This document shows positions 8,612 to 19,551 of a stretch of DNA of 64,000 nt, piece after piece (position 1 is the first letter of the stretch; every line of letters starts with the position of its first letter). The stretch covers positions 282,860-346,859 of the forward strand of contig JAQUPP010000001.1 in assembly GCA_028716665.1 (NCBI GenBank). Reading direction: 5' to 3'. The stretch comes from Patescibacteria group bacterium (lineage in GTDB: Bacteria > Patescibacteriota > Patescibacteriia > UBA2591 > JAQUPP01). Both the position numbers and the translations under genes were made by a program. The notes beneath the pieces are model-generated. The model did no database searches, was not told the origin of the DNA, and saw only the letters and a list, made by a program, of their open reading frames with translations.

Positions 8612-9763
8612 ATGACTGACTACTACAAAATATTGGGGGTTGATAAGGGCGCTTCGGAAGAAGAAATAAAGAGGGCTTATCGCCAGGCGGCGCAAAAATA
8701 TCATCCGGATAAACCGGGTGGTAATGCGGAAAAATTCAAAGAAATAAGCGAAGCTTATCAAACTCTTTCTGATCCTGAAAAAAGAAAGTTGTATGAAGAA
8801 TACGGCTCGGCTTTTAAAAATGCCAAAACTCAAGGCGGTTTTAGCGGTTTTGATAATTTCCGTGATTTTGCCAGTTATGCCGAGGCAATGAAAAATCAAG
8901 GCGAAAGAGGAAATGCTTATGGCGGAGAAGATTTTGGTTTTGGAGATTTGGGAGATATTTTCAACAGTTTTTTTTCGTCCCAAGGACGACCAGCCTCGGG
9001 CTGGGGCTTCGGTCAAACCCATCAATCAAGGACACAACATGGCAGGAATATTGAAATAGAAATAACGGTTAATTTTTTTGAATCGGTTTTTGGTGTTGAA
9101 AAAGATATTGAATTTGAAAAATATGTTAAATGCGAAAAATGCAGTGGCAACGGTTTGGAACCGGGCAGCAAATTTTCCACTTGTAAAACTTGCAACGGAC
9201 AAGGACAAGTAATTAAAACTCAATCAACATTTTTAGGAACTTTTCAAAGCGCTGAAGTTTGCTCGTCATGTCACGGCGAAGGACAAATTGCGGAAAAAAA
9301 ATGCAGTCATTGCCGGGGCGAAGGCAGAGTAAAACAATTTTCAAAAATTAAAATAAAAATTCCAGCCGGAATCAGCAGCGGGCAGACAATCAGATTATCG
9401 GGTCAGGGCGAAGCGGGTAAAAAAAGCGGCCGAGCCGGAGATTTATATGTTAGAGTTAAAGTAACTTCAGATATTCGTTTCAATCGCCAAGGAGATGATA
9501 TTTTATCCGAAAAAGAAATTTCCGTTTCTCAAGCAATTTTGGGCGGAGTGGTTGAAGTGGAAACCATTGACGGAATGGTAAAATTAAAAATTGCGCCCGG
9601 TACTACATCGGGTCAAGAAATCCGTTTAAAAGGAAGAGGAGTTATTCATTTGAATTCTCACGGCCGAGGCGATCATATTGTTACGGTTAAAATTCAAATA
9701 CCCAAGTCATTAACCAGAAAGCAAAAAGATATTTTAGAAACCTTGTCCAAAGAAGGATTGTAA
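8612..9763 (+). CDS. dnaJ: Chaperone DnaJ (J-domain, G/F region, four CxxCxGxG zinc-finger repeats, C-terminal domains)
   Basis: 'DYYKILGV...HPDK' J-domain with HPD; 'CEKCSGNG', 'CKTCNGQG', 'CSSCHGEG', 'CSHCRGEG'. Confidence 0.95.
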   Translation: MTDYYKILGVDKGASEEEIKRAYRQAAQKYHPDKPGGNAEKFKEISEAYQTLSDPEKRKLYEEYGSAFKNAKTQGGFSGFDNFRDFASYAEAMKNQGERGNAYGGEDFGFGDLGDIFNSFFSSQGRPASGWGFGQTHQSRTQHGRNIEIEITVNFFESVFGVEKDIEFEKYVKCEKCSGNGLEPGSKFSTCKTCNGQGQVIKTQSTFLGTFQSAEVCSSCHGEGQIAEKKCSHCRGEGRVKQFSKIKIKIPAGISSGQTIRLSGQGEAGKKSGRAGDLYVRVKVTSDIRFNRQGDDILSEKEISVSQAILGGVVEVETIDGMVKLKIAPGTTSGQEIRLKGRGVIHLNSHGRGDHIVTVKIQIPKSLTRKQKDILETLSKEGL

Positions 9764-9793
9764 TTTTTTTTGTTAATGTTAAAATAATATAAT

Positions 9794-10102
9794 ATGCCCA
9801 GTAATACAACTTCCAGTATATTCTTCTATTACGTTTATGTTTTGGAAAGCTCCAAAGATAGGGAAAAGTATATTGGGTTTACCTCAAATCTCAAGAAAAG
9901 GATAGAAGAACATAAAAAAGGCCTATCTTCCGCCACTAAACTACGTTTACCCTTAAAGCTTATTTATTATGAGGCATGCTCAAATTTACAAGATGCCAAA
10001 CGCCGTGAACAATATCTAAAAGGCACCCAAGGACGTCGATTCCTTGGTTTAAGACTTCAAGAGTATAAACGCAATCAGAAAGCGTTTGGCTCTGGAAGAT
10101 GA
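9794..10102 (+). CDS. GIY-YIG nuclease-superfamily small protein (YhbQ/UPF0213-like)
   Basis: 'FYYVYVLESSKDREKYIGFTSNLKKRIEEH' GIY-YIG core. Confidence 0.65.
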   Translation: MPSNTTSSIFFYYVYVLESSKDREKYIGFTSNLKKRIEEHKKGLSSATKLRLPLKLIYYEACSNLQDAKRREQYLKGTQGRRFLGLRLQEYKRNQKAFGSGR

Positions 10103-11426
10103 TATACTGGGTATGGATATTACCATCAATGCAGAATGGTTAGTAACAATCATCACTCATCCGCTTTTTCCGCTGATTTCGATGATGATTTTAGCTATTT
10201 TAGGGCTATTATTTTTATCATTGATTTTCAGGATTACTATGCATAATTATAGTAAGCGTCTTCAGGATCAATACGTGTCCAAACAAGAATATGTTCTATT
10301 GGCTCTTGATGTGCCAAGGAATAACGAGCAAGGACCGGAAGCAGTGGAAAGAATGTTCGCTTATCTGTCCGGCGCCAAAGGTACCGGACCGGCAGAACTT
10401 CCTATTTCCGTAGAAATTATTAGTGTGGCATCCCATATTCAATTTCTTATCAGAATTGCGTCTCAATTTCGAGATTTGGCCGAAGCGGCGATTTATGCGT
10501 CTTATCCGGACGCTGAGATAGTAGAAGTGGAAGATTACACAAAAGAAATGCCCGATAAATTTCCGAATGATAAATATGATTTATGGGGAGCGGATTTCAC
10601 TCTTTACAATAAAAATGCTTATCCGATCAGGACATATACAAATTTCGAACATACCATGAGCGGAGAGTTAAAAGATCCAATGATTGATATGTTGGAAATT
10701 TTAGGAAAACTGCAAGAAGGCGAACAAGTTTGGATACAGATTATTATTAAAGTTTCTGCCAAGGGAACCAAAAAAGAATCAGAAACTGTGATTAAAAAAA
10801 TAATGGGAGAAAAAGTTAAATCGCAAAAAACAATTTCCGAACAGTTAATTAATATACCGATTGAATTTTTACAAGCCGCGACTATTATAACTCCTCCGAC
10901 TGCGGGTTCAAGTTCGCCGGAAAAACAAAAAACGGTTTCTCCGGGAGAAAGAAAAATTATTGAAGCGATTCAAAATAAAGCTTCTAAAATTTCTTTTGAA
11001 ACAAAAATGAGAATAATTTATATCGCGGAAAAAGAAGTATTCAATAAATCCAGAGGAGTAATTGGTGTTTTGGGTGCTTTAAATACGGTTAATACTTTGG
11101 ATATGAATGGATTGATGCCGGATAAAACGGCAAAAACGCTTATTAATATGTATGAAACCAGCAAGTCTTCCAGTCCCAAACAGACGGCGATTATGGCCGC
11201 TTATAAGAAAAGAGGGGGTAACTGGAAAATTGAATCGCAATCCCAAAAAGATTGGAAAAAGTTTTTAGATTTTTTGACTATTTCATCACCAAGTAAAAAA
11301 GATATTTTAAATATTGAAGAATTGGCAACGCTTTATCATTTTCCGGTTATTGCTTCAAGAGTTCCTTTGGTTAAGAAAACAGGCAGTAAACGAGGAGAAC
11401 CGCCATTTAGTTTACCAACAAAATAA
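10086..11426 (+). CDS. Hypothetical membrane-anchored protein (446 aa; one N-terminal TM pair)
   Basis: Long ORF with no recognisable motif; start ambiguous (overlaps the previous gene by 17 nt; ATG at 10113 is an alternative). Confidence 0.4.
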   Translation: MALEDDILGMDITINAEWLVTIITHPLFPLISMMILAILGLLFLSLIFRITMHNYSKRLQDQYVSKQEYVLLALDVPRNNEQGPEAVERMFAYLSGAKGTGPAELPISVEIISVASHIQFLIRIASQFRDLAEAAIYASYPDAEIVEVEDYTKEMPDKFPNDKYDLWGADFTLYNKNAYPIRTYTNFEHTMSGELKDPMIDMLEILGKLQEGEQVWIQIIIKVSAKGTKKESETVIKKIMGEKVKSQKTISEQLINIPIEFLQAATIITPPTAGSSSPEKQKTVSPGERKIIEAIQNKASKISFETKMRIIYIAEKEVFNKSRGVIGVLGALNTVNTLDMNGLMPDKTAKTLINMYETSKSSSPKQTAIMAAYKKRGGNWKIESQSQKDWKKFLDFLTISSPSKKDILNIEELATLYHFPVIASRVPLVKKTGSKRGEPPFSLPTK

Positions 11427-11430
11427 TTTT

Positions 11431-12105
11431 ATGTTATATATTGTTGCCACTCCTATTGGAAATTTACAGGACGTTACCCTAAGAGCATTAGAAATATTGA
11501 AAGAGGCAGATTTTATACTTTGCGAAGACACTCGTCATAGCCGAATTTTTTTAGATCATTATCAAATAAAAATTCCAACCATCAGTTATCACCAGCATTC
11601 CAAATTATCTAAAATGGACTATATTTTGGAATTGATTCAACAGGGTAAAAATTTGGCCTTGATTTGTGATGCCGGCACACCCGGTATTTCCGACCCGGGA
11701 AATAAACTAATCAGTCATTTGGTTGCGCAATTACCTGATTTGAAAATTATTTCCATTCCCGGACCGGCTGCTGTTATTTCAGCTTTAAGCATCTCCGGAT
11801 TTGAAACCGACAAATTTATTTTTTTAGGTTTTCCTCCTCATAAAAAGGGGAGGAAAACATTTTTTGAACAAGCAGCTGAATTCAAATATACTCTTGCTTT
11901 TTATGAATCGCCTTATCGGATTTTAAAAGCTTTAAATGAAATGGCGAATTTGGAAAATTTTAAAGACAGGGAATTAATGGTTGCCAGAGAATTGACGAAA
12001 AAATTTGAAAGTATTTATCGGGGAACGGCTGAGAATATAATAAACAACCTGCCCAAGAACGAAATCAAAGGAGAATTTGTGGTCGTGGTCAGGGCTAAAA
12101 AATAA
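11431..12105 (+). CDS. rsmI: 16S rRNA (cytidine1402-2'-O)-methyltransferase RsmI (tetrapyrrole-methylase fold)
   Basis: 'MLYIVATPIGNLQDVTLRALEILKEADFILCEDTRHS', 'GTPGISDPG'; start 4 nt after the upstream stop (the 11314 extension is an artefact). Confidence 0.85.
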   Translation: MLYIVATPIGNLQDVTLRALEILKEADFILCEDTRHSRIFLDHYQIKIPTISYHQHSKLSKMDYILELIQQGKNLALICDAGTPGISDPGNKLISHLVAQLPDLKIISIPGPAAVISALSISGFETDKFIFLGFPPHKKGRKTFFEQAAEFKYTLAFYESPYRILKALNEMANLENFKDRELMVARELTKKFESIYRGTAENIINNLPKNEIKGEFVVVVRAKK

Positions 12106-12136
12106 TTTTTTGTTTTTTAAAAATTATTGTAATTTA

Positions 12137-12166
12137 AAACCCGCGCTATTATATAGCACGGGTTTG
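12137..12166. terminator. Bidirectional hairpin terminator between convergent genes
   Basis: aaacccgcgct...agcacgggttt. Confidence 0.6.
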
Positions 12167-12173
12167 ATAAGAA

Positions 12174-12893
12174 TTACAAATGAGAATTCCAGGTCGGAGT
12201 AATTTTTTCAGCTATTTTCGGATTATAAGCGCTGAATTGACTGGCGATTGCCACTCCGACAAGTGAGCCGACAATATCAAAAACAGTATTTTGCCAATGA
12301 ATATTTTCTTTTTTTGGGAAAAACAGCAGTTGATTTGCAGTCCAAGAAATATCAGGAATAGTAGTGGCAAAAAAAGTGTAACAAAATAAATCTTTATCAG
12401 AAATAACGCCCGGTGGTTCAATAGTTTTTTCCATAGCATAATGAGCTCCGCTGATTATGCCATTCACCCCAAATCTCAGCCAATTATTTTTTCTGTATTC
12501 TGTGGTGATTTGTTGCAAAAAGTGAGATTCGGGTTTACGATATACGAGCATAATACCTACCCCGATAAAAGACCCCCCTACATCGGAGATAAAATCTCTT
12601 ACAGAAAATCCATCATTTATCAAAGGATAAAAACCGCTTGTTGTTTCATAGGTTATTCCGAAAACAACAGAACTCATAAACGCGTAAGAAAGCAGTTGAG
12701 AATATTGTTCTGTCGGCCATTCTGATTTATCGGCAAGGCAAATATATGAAGTAAAACCAAGATGAGCGAAACAGTGCCAAGCTTTATCTGAGGCCCAAGA
12801 ATCTTCTTCAGTCGGTGTGAAAATAAAACAGGCAGTCTTAACAGGAATAATTAAACTGATAATGATTAATCCCCAAAATAGAATTTTATTCAT
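12174..12893 (-). CDS. Membrane protein, putative VanZ-like family (two repeated halves)
   Basis: Polytopic; 'SDKAWHCFAHLGF' and 'RDFISDVGGSFIGV' resemble VanZ-like motifs; strong SD 'aaggaggaaaaaatg'. Confidence 0.35.
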   Translation of the reverse strand: MNKILFWGLIIISLIIPVKTACFIFTPTEEDSWASDKAWHCFAHLGFTSYICLADKSEWPTEQYSQLLSYAFMSSVVFGITYETTSGFYPLINDGFSVRDFISDVGGSFIGVGIMLVYRKPESHFLQQITTEYRKNNWLRFGVNGIISGAHYAMEKTIEPPGVISDKDLFCYTFFATTIPDISWTANQLLFFPKKENIHWQNTVFDIVGSLVGVAIASQFSAYNPKIAEKITPTWNSHL

Positions 12894-12951
12894 TTTTTCC
12901 TCCTTTTAAAGATCTATTTAAACTATAACAAACTATATAAAATAATCAAAT

Positions 12952-14469
12952 ATGAATAATAAATTTTATATCACTACTCCCATTTATTACGTTAATGATA
13001 AGCCTCATGTCGGAGGAGCATACACGACAATCGCGGCTGATGTTTTAGCGCGATTTCATCGAATGAAAGGCGATCAAGTTTTTTTCTTGACCGGCACTGA
13101 CGAGCATGGTGAAAAAATAGCTATTTCCGCTGAAGCCAATCATAAAACTCCAAAAGAATGGTGCGATGAAAATTCCGCCAAATATGAAGAAGCTTGGGAT
13201 GTTTTAAAAATTTCTCATGATAATTTTATCAGAACCACGGATCCAAAGCATGAAAAAGCAGTAGTGAAAGTTTTGGAAAAATTATTTGAAAAAAAATTAA
13301 TTTATACAGGAACCTACCAGGGGCTTTATTGTATAGATTGCGAAAGATATTATACGCCCAAAGAATTGGTTGACGGTAAATGTCCGTTTCATCATCATGA
13401 ATTAGTAACACTCTCAGAAGATTGTTACTTTTTTAAATTATCAGCCTTTCAGGATATTTTGTTAAAATTGATTTCCAGTAATGAATTTTTAATTGAACCG
13501 GAAGAAAGAAAAAATGAAATTTTAGGTTTTTTAAAATCTGAAAAATTAGAAGACTTGGCTGTTTCCAGAAAAAAGGTAAAATGGGGTATTGAATTCCCAC
13601 TGAACAAAGAACAAACTATTTATGTTTGGGTTGACGCATTGTTTAATTATTTATCAGGTATTGATTGGGATGGCGACGTTAAAAAATTGCCGAAATTTTG
13701 GCCGCCGGAGGTGCAATTAATCGGCAAGGATATTTTACGTTTTCATGCCGTAATGTGGCCGGCACTTCTTTTGGCTCTGGAATTGCCTTTGCCGAAAAAA
13801 CTTTTTGCTCACGGATTTTTTACCGTTAATGGCCAAAAAATGTCCAAATCTTTAGGCACGGGAGTTAATCCGGAAGAATTAGCTGTAACTTTTGGCGCTG
13901 ATTCTCTAAGATGGTTATTGCTTTCTTTATTTCCTTTTGGCCAGGACGGAGATCTCTCAGAGTCAAGACTTTATGATAAATATAATTCCGATTTATCCAA
14001 TGGTTTAGGAAATTTAGTCAGACGAGTTTTGACTTTAGCTCAAGACGGCTCGGAATTTGTCTCTTCCAAAATTATTAATGTTGAATTCAAAGAAAAAATT
14101 GATTCTGTTTGGCAAAAATACGAAAAAGCTTTGGACGGACTGCATTTTGAAATAGCTATTGCGCAAATCAATGATTTGATTTTTTTCTGCGATAAATATA
14201 TCAATCAGGAAGAACCTTGGAAATTGTCAAAAACAAATCCGGAAAAACTGAAAGATGTATTATATAATCTACTTGAATCTTTACGACATTTATCATGTTT
14301 GGCTTGGCCGTTTATGCCGGATAAGAGTAATTTAATATTGGAATCTTTGGGAATTTTAAATCAGGAACACAAGAAAAGTCTTTCAGAAATAAAAAAATTC
14401 GGTGAAGTAAATTTTGAAAAAGTCAGCCAAGGAAAAGTTTTATTTCCGAAAATTGAGAGTGTTAAATAA
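12952..14469 (+). CDS. metG: Methionyl-tRNA synthetase (short form, no C-terminal EMAP domain)
   Basis: 'YYVNDKPHVGGAYTTIAADVLARF' (HIGH-type), zinc knuckle 'CIDCERYYT...CPFHHHE', 'KMSKSLGT'. Confidence 0.9.
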   Translation: MNNKFYITTPIYYVNDKPHVGGAYTTIAADVLARFHRMKGDQVFFLTGTDEHGEKIAISAEANHKTPKEWCDENSAKYEEAWDVLKISHDNFIRTTDPKHEKAVVKVLEKLFEKKLIYTGTYQGLYCIDCERYYTPKELVDGKCPFHHHELVTLSEDCYFFKLSAFQDILLKLISSNEFLIEPEERKNEILGFLKSEKLEDLAVSRKKVKWGIEFPLNKEQTIYVWVDALFNYLSGIDWDGDVKKLPKFWPPEVQLIGKDILRFHAVMWPALLLALELPLPKKLFAHGFFTVNGQKMSKSLGTGVNPEELAVTFGADSLRWLLLSLFPFGQDGDLSESRLYDKYNSDLSNGLGNLVRRVLTLAQDGSEFVSSKIINVEFKEKIDSVWQKYEKALDGLHFEIAIAQINDLIFFCDKYINQEEPWKLSKTNPEKLKDVLYNLLESLRHLSCLAWPFMPDKSNLILESLGILNQEHKKSLSEIKKFGEVNFEKVSQGKVLFPKIESVK

Positions 14470-14488
14470 TTAACTAATTTTAAAATTT

Positions 14489-15001
14489 ATGACATTTTTT
14501 GATTTAGTTTTATTATTAGTCCTTTTTGGTTTTATTTGGTTTAATTTTTGGCAAGGCTTGGTTACCAGTCTGGGCGGAATTATCAGTTTAATTTTGGGCG
14601 TAACTTTTGCCACCCGTTGGTATGATATAATTGCTTCAAATTTTTTAGTTTCAATAATTCATAATCAGAATATTTCAAGGCTTATTGCTTTTATTCTGAT
14701 TTTTATTATTGCTCGTTTTATTGTAATTTTAATATTCAAAATTATAAATAAAATTTTTGATTTACTGTCTCTGATTCCGTTTCTACAACCCATTAATCAT
14801 TTAGGCGGAGGAATTTTTGGTTTAATAGAAGGAGGACTGTCGATTGGTCTAGTTTTAGATTTTTTAAGCAAATTTCCTTGGGGGAATTGGTTGGCTAAAC
14901 TTTTAGCCTCTTCAAATATTGCTCCGATTCTGGTAAAATTCAGTCATATTTTATCTCCGCTTTTGCCCGAAGTTTTCAAACAAATTAAATCTTTAATATA
15001 A
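14489..15001 (+). CDS. CvpA-family membrane protein (putative)
   Basis: Four TM helices with an N-terminal 'FDLVLLLVLFGFIW' pattern typical of CvpA. Confidence 0.45.
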   Translation: MTFFDLVLLLVLFGFIWFNFWQGLVTSLGGIISLILGVTFATRWYDIIASNFLVSIIHNQNISRLIAFILIFIIARFIVILIFKIINKIFDLLSLIPFLQPINHLGGGIFGLIEGGLSIGLVLDFLSKFPWGNWLAKLLASSNIAPILVKFSHILSPLLPEVFKQIKSLI

Positions 15002-15027
15002 TTTGATAATAATTTAAAATTAAGCCT

Positions 15028-17121
15028 ATGAAAAAAATCGCTCCTTTAACCAAAGTAAAAAAAAGAGATGGCCAATTGGCGCCGTTTGATCAAAGTCGAA
15101 TTGAAAACGCAATTTTTAAGGCCATTACGGCTGTTTCCGGAAAAGACGGGAACATATCAAAAAAATTATCCGCTAAAGTGGTTAAAATTATTGGACGACG
15201 TTTTAGAGATATTATTCCAAGCGTGGAAGACATTCAAAATATCGTTGAAGAAGTTTTAATTTTATCGGATTTGGTTAAAGAAGCTAAAGCTTATATTTTA
15301 TATCGAGAACAACACAGTAATATAAGAGACATGGCTTTGTCCATGGAAAACGTGGCAGTCGTGGATCAATATTTGGGCGAAAAAGATTGGGAAGTGAAAG
15401 AAAATGCCAATATGAGTTATTCTCTTCAAGGCTTGAATAACTATATTTCAAACACCATTACAAAAAATTATTGGTTGCATAAAATTTATCCGGGGGAAAT
15501 TCGCGATGCGGTTAAAAGCGGCGATTTTCATCTTCATAATTTAGGCATTTTGGCTCCTTATTGCATGGGTTGGGATCTCTATGATTTTTTATCTCAGGGT
15601 TTCACTGGTGTTTTTGGAAAAATTTCTTCAAAACCGCCGAAACATTTCAGAGCTGCCTTGGGTCAGATAGTTAATTTTATTTATACTGTTCAAGGGGAAT
15701 GCGCCGGCGCGGTCGCTTTTTCTTCTTTCGATACTTTCCTTGCTCCTTTTATCAGATATGACAAATTAACTTATCCGCAAGTCAAACAAGCAATGCAGGA
15801 ATTTTTATTTAATTGCAATGTTCCAACTAGAGTTGGTTTCCAGACGCCTTTTGAAAATGTAACTATTGATTTGACTCCGCCCGAGGCCCTGGCAAAATCA
15901 CCGGTAATTATCGGGGGCAAACTTCAAAAAGAAACTTATGGTGAATTCCAAAAAGAAATGGATATGTTTAATCGGGCTTTTGCCGAAGTAATGTGCGAGG
16001 GAGATGCTCATTCCAGAATTTTTACTTTTCCGATTCCGACTTACAATATCACTAAAAATTTTGATTGGGAAAATCCGGCCTTAAAACCTCTTTGGGAAAT
16101 GACGGCAAAATTCGGCATACCTTATTTTTCTAATTTTATTAATTCTGATTTAAACCCGGAAGATGTCCGTTCAATGTGCTGCCGTCTCAGATTGGAAACA
16201 AAAACACTTCATCATCGCGGCGGCGGACTTTTTGGTTCAGCTCCATTGACCGGTTCTATCGGTGTGGTAACAATTAATCTTCCAAGAATCGGTTATTTGG
16301 CCAAAACTGATCAAGAATTTTTTGAGAAACTTGGTCGAGTGATGGATTTAGCCAGAGAAAGTTTGGAAATTAAAAGAAAAACTTTGGAAGAATTGATTGA
16401 AAAAGGACTTTATCCTTATTCCAAATTTTATTTGCGAAATATCAAACAATTGCGCGGCAATTATTGGGCCAATCATTTCTCAACCATCGGATTAATCGGC
16501 ATGAATGAAGCATTGATTAATTTTATGGGCGAAAATATTGTTTCAAAGCCAGGCAGAGAATTCGCTCTAAAAGTTTTAGATTTTATGCGCGAGAAATTGG
16601 TGACATACCAAAATGAGACCGGTAATATTTATAATTTGGAAGCTACTCCGGCTGAAGGGACAAGTTATCGCTTGGCTAGACAAGACAAAAAAATATATCC
16701 GGATATTATCACTGCCGGAAAAGAAGTGCCGTATTATACTAACTCCACTCAATTCCCGGTTAATGATCAAAACGGATTATTTGAGATTTTAAAAGCTCAA
16801 GATGGTTTTCAGACAAAATATAACGGTGGCACGGTTTTTCATGCTTTTTTGGGAGAAAGAATCAATGATATCTCGGTGGTAAAAACAATAATTAAAAAAG
16901 TTTTTGAGAATTTCCGTTTACCGTATTTTACCTTGTCGCCGACATTCAGTATTTGTCCGAATCACGGTTATTTAAGCGGTGAACAATTCAAATGTCCGCA
17001 ATGCGGCGCTGAAAACGAAGTTTATTCTCGCGTGGTCGGTTATTATCGTCCGGTTCAACAATGGAACAAAGGGAAGCAAGAAGAATATCAAGACAGACAA
17101 GAATTTGATATTACTCTATAA
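15028..17121 (+). CDS. nrdD: Anaerobic ribonucleoside-triphosphate reductase (class III), with ATP-cone and C-terminal glycyl-radical domain
   Basis: ATP-cone 'VKKRDGQLAPFDQSRIENAIFKA'; C-terminal 'CPQCGAENEVYSRVVGYYRPVQQWNKGKQEE' (zinc ribbon plus glycyl-radical motif). Confidence 0.9.
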   Translation: MKKIAPLTKVKKRDGQLAPFDQSRIENAIFKAITAVSGKDGNISKKLSAKVVKIIGRRFRDIIPSVEDIQNIVEEVLILSDLVKEAKAYILYREQHSNIRDMALSMENVAVVDQYLGEKDWEVKENANMSYSLQGLNNYISNTITKNYWLHKIYPGEIRDAVKSGDFHLHNLGILAPYCMGWDLYDFLSQGFTGVFGKISSKPPKHFRAALGQIVNFIYTVQGECAGAVAFSSFDTFLAPFIRYDKLTYPQVKQAMQEFLFNCNVPTRVGFQTPFENVTIDLTPPEALAKSPVIIGGKLQKETYGEFQKEMDMFNRAFAEVMCEGDAHSRIFTFPIPTYNITKNFDWENPALKPLWEMTAKFGIPYFSNFINSDLNPEDVRSMCCRLRLETKTLHHRGGGLFGSAPLTGSIGVVTINLPRIGYLAKTDQEFFEKLGRVMDLARESLEIKRKTLEELIEKGLYPYSKFYLRNIKQLRGNYWANHFSTIGLIGMNEALINFMGENIVSKPGREFALKVLDFMREKLVTYQNETGNIYNLEATPAEGTSYRLARQDKKIYPDIITAGKEVPYYTNSTQFPVNDQNGLFEILKAQDGFQTKYNGGTVFHAFLGERINDISVVKTIIKKVFENFRLPYFTLSPTFSICPNHGYLSGEQFKCPQCGAENEVYSRVVGYYRPVQQWNKGKQEEYQDRQEFDITL

Positions 17122-17173
17122 TAGAATTTTTAATTTTAAATTTTCAATCCGCCAACTTTAAAATAGTGGCGGA

Positions 17174-17905
17174 TTGGATTTAAACAGCATTATTATGATA
17201 TTCAAGGGTTGGCGAAAAGAGTCTTTTATTGAATGGCCGGGCAAAATTACGACGGTCGTTTTTGTCGGAGGATGTAATTTTTGCTGCCCTTTTTGTTATA
17301 ATAGAACTTTAGTCTTGCATCCTCAAGAATTACCTGACATTGACGAGAAAGAGGTTCTGCAATATTTGGAAGAAAATAAAAAAATGATTGAAGGTGTGGT
17401 AATCACCGGAGGAGAACCGCTTACTTCATTTAATTTGAAGTCTCCTTTGATTGAATTTATTAAAAAAGTTAAAGAATTAGAATTGGTAGTTGGGATTGAA
17501 ACCAACGGGACAAATCCGGCCGCGATTGAATATTTGATAAAAAATAAACTGATTGATTACATAGCCATGGATATTAAAGCGCCGCTGGAATCAAAAAAAT
17601 ATCAACAGCTTTCTCAAAAATCGGTTAATTTGGGAAATATCAAAAAAAGCATTAAAATGATTATCGCCTCAAAACTTGATTATGAATTTAGAACTACGGT
17701 TGTCCCGGGCTTGTTGAATCAAGATGATATTTTAAAAATTGCCAAACAAATAAAAGGCGCCAAGAAATATGCCTTGAACCAATTTAATCCTAAAGACGTA
17801 ATAGATAAAAAGACAGGATTGATAAAACCGTATTCCAAAAAATGGTTTAATGAAACTGCTAAAAAAATAAAACCGTATTGTCTTCAAATAGAAGCGAGAA
17901 TATGA
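17174..17905 (+). CDS. nrdG: Anaerobic RNR-activating radical-SAM protein
   Basis: 'GGCNFCCPFCYN' CxxxCxxC cluster; directly follows nrdD. Confidence 0.85.
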   Translation: MDLNSIIMIFKGWRKESFIEWPGKITTVVFVGGCNFCCPFCYNRTLVLHPQELPDIDEKEVLQYLEENKKMIEGVVITGGEPLTSFNLKSPLIEFIKKVKELELVVGIETNGTNPAAIEYLIKNKLIDYIAMDIKAPLESKKYQQLSQKSVNLGNIKKSIKMIIASKLDYEFRTTVVPGLLNQDDILKIAKQIKGAKKYALNQFNPKDVIDKKTGLIKPYSKKWFNETAKKIKPYCLQIEARI

Positions 17906-17991
17906 TTGTTCAAAAACTGGGATTGTATCCTTTGAAATAAGGGTTTATAATATAATTATTAGTTAAAGTTAATAAAATTATCTTAAAATTT

Positions 17992-19383
17992 ATGTTCAAA
18001 AAAATATTTAGGAACAATGAACCAATAGATAATTCTTTGGGGGCAGATGAAGCCCAAGTTATCTGGACGGAAAAACCGAGAGAACAAAAAAAATCACCAC
18101 CCTTTTTAACTTTTACTTTGGCGCTTCGACCGGTGGTAGTGATAATTATGATCAGTATTTTAATCGGTGCTGCCGCTGGCGCGGTAACAGGATTTTATGC
18201 CGGCAGTTACGCATTGACTAAATTTGTTTCTTACTCTACTCCGACTATTCTTCACTCTTCGTCTCAGGTTGCGACTCAAAGCCAAATAGATCCAACCAAT
18301 ACAATCGCACCGATTATTTTAGGCAATCAAGAGGAGAGCGACATTGTTTCCGCAGTTAAAAAAACCAGCCCAGCCGTGGTTAATGTTATTGTTTCAAAAT
18401 ATGTAACCACTTATTATAGCGATACTACCAGTCCTTTTGATGAATTATTCAATGACTGGTTTGGACAGAGCACGCCTACTCCAACTCCAAATAGCAGTCA
18501 AAAACAAAAACAAGAAGTCGGCGGCGGAACAGGATTTGTTGTTTCTTCCAAGGATGGTTTGATTTTGACCAACAAGCATGTGGCCAGCGATGAAACCGCA
18601 GAATACACGGTTGTGACAAATGACGGGAAAAAATATGACGCGAAAATTTTAGCCCAAGATCCATTTAATGACATTGCCATTTTAAAGATTGAAATTAAGG
18701 ATTTACCTGAAGTTAAATTGGGTGATTCTGAAAAAATTCAAATTGGTCAAACAGTTATTGCTATCGGTAATGCTTTGGGCGAATACAGAAACACGGTTAC
18801 CAAGGGCGTGATCAGCGGTGTCGGCAGACGGGTGGTGGCTGGTGATAATGCCGGTCTGTCAGAAGTCTTGGAAAATGTAATCCAAACAGATGCGGCGATT
18901 AATTTGGGTAATTCCGGCGGACCATTAATTAATACTCATGGCGAAGTGATTGGTATCAATACCGCCATTAACAGTCAGGGGCAAATGATAGGTTTTGCCA
19001 TTCCGATCAATCAGGCCAAGCAAGTGATTGAAAGCGTCAAAAAATACGGTAAGATTGTCAGGCCGTATTTGGGCGTAAGGTATGTTTTAATTAATGAAGA
19101 AATAGTTAAAAAAAATAATTTATCCGTTAATTACGGGGCTTTAGTTTTGCGCGGCAGTGATCAGACTGAATTGGCCATTATCCCGGGCGGACCGGCCGAT
19201 AAAGCGGGTATTGAAGAAGGCGATATTATTTTAGAAGTTAATGGCGCAAAAATTACTGAAGAGAATTCTTTAAGCAAAACGATTCAAAATCTTAAACCCG
19301 GAGATGAAGTGGAATTAAAAATTTTACACAAAGGCGCGGAAAAAACAGTTAAGGTGGAATTAGAAGAATATTTACCCCGTTAG
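17992..19383 (+). CDS. HtrA/DegP-family serine protease with PDZ domain, N-terminal membrane anchor
   Basis: Catalytic 'GNSGGPLIN', His in 'TNKHVA', C-terminal PDZ 'GDIILEVNGAKI'. Confidence 0.85.
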   Translation: MFKKIFRNNEPIDNSLGADEAQVIWTEKPREQKKSPPFLTFTLALRPVVVIIMISILIGAAAGAVTGFYAGSYALTKFVSYSTPTILHSSSQVATQSQIDPTNTIAPIILGNQEESDIVSAVKKTSPAVVNVIVSKYVTTYYSDTTSPFDELFNDWFGQSTPTPTPNSSQKQKQEVGGGTGFVVSSKDGLILTNKHVASDETAEYTVVTNDGKKYDAKILAQDPFNDIAILKIEIKDLPEVKLGDSEKIQIGQTVIAIGNALGEYRNTVTKGVISGVGRRVVAGDNAGLSEVLENVIQTDAAINLGNSGGPLINTHGEVIGINTAINSQGQMIGFAIPINQAKQVIESVKKYGKIVRPYLGVRYVLINEEIVKKNNLSVNYGALVLRGSDQTELAIIPGGPADKAGIEEGDIILEVNGAKITEENSLSKTIQNLKPGDEVELKILHKGAEKTVKVELEEYLPR

Positions 19384-19513
19384 AAATTTAACAAAAAATT
19401 TTCTTTTTAAAACAACCAGAGCCAGAGGCGTCTTCGCTCTTGGACTTTCTGCATCAGGAATCGATTGATGAATTTCTGATGGGGCAAAGGATAAAATCAT
19501 TCTGACAAATTAA

Positions 19514-19544
19514 AAAAGAGTCCCGATTTTTTGGGACTCTTTTG
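19514..19544. terminator. Bidirectional terminator hairpin
   Basis: agagtcccgattttttgggactct. Confidence 0.7.
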
Positions 19545-19551
19545 ATTTACG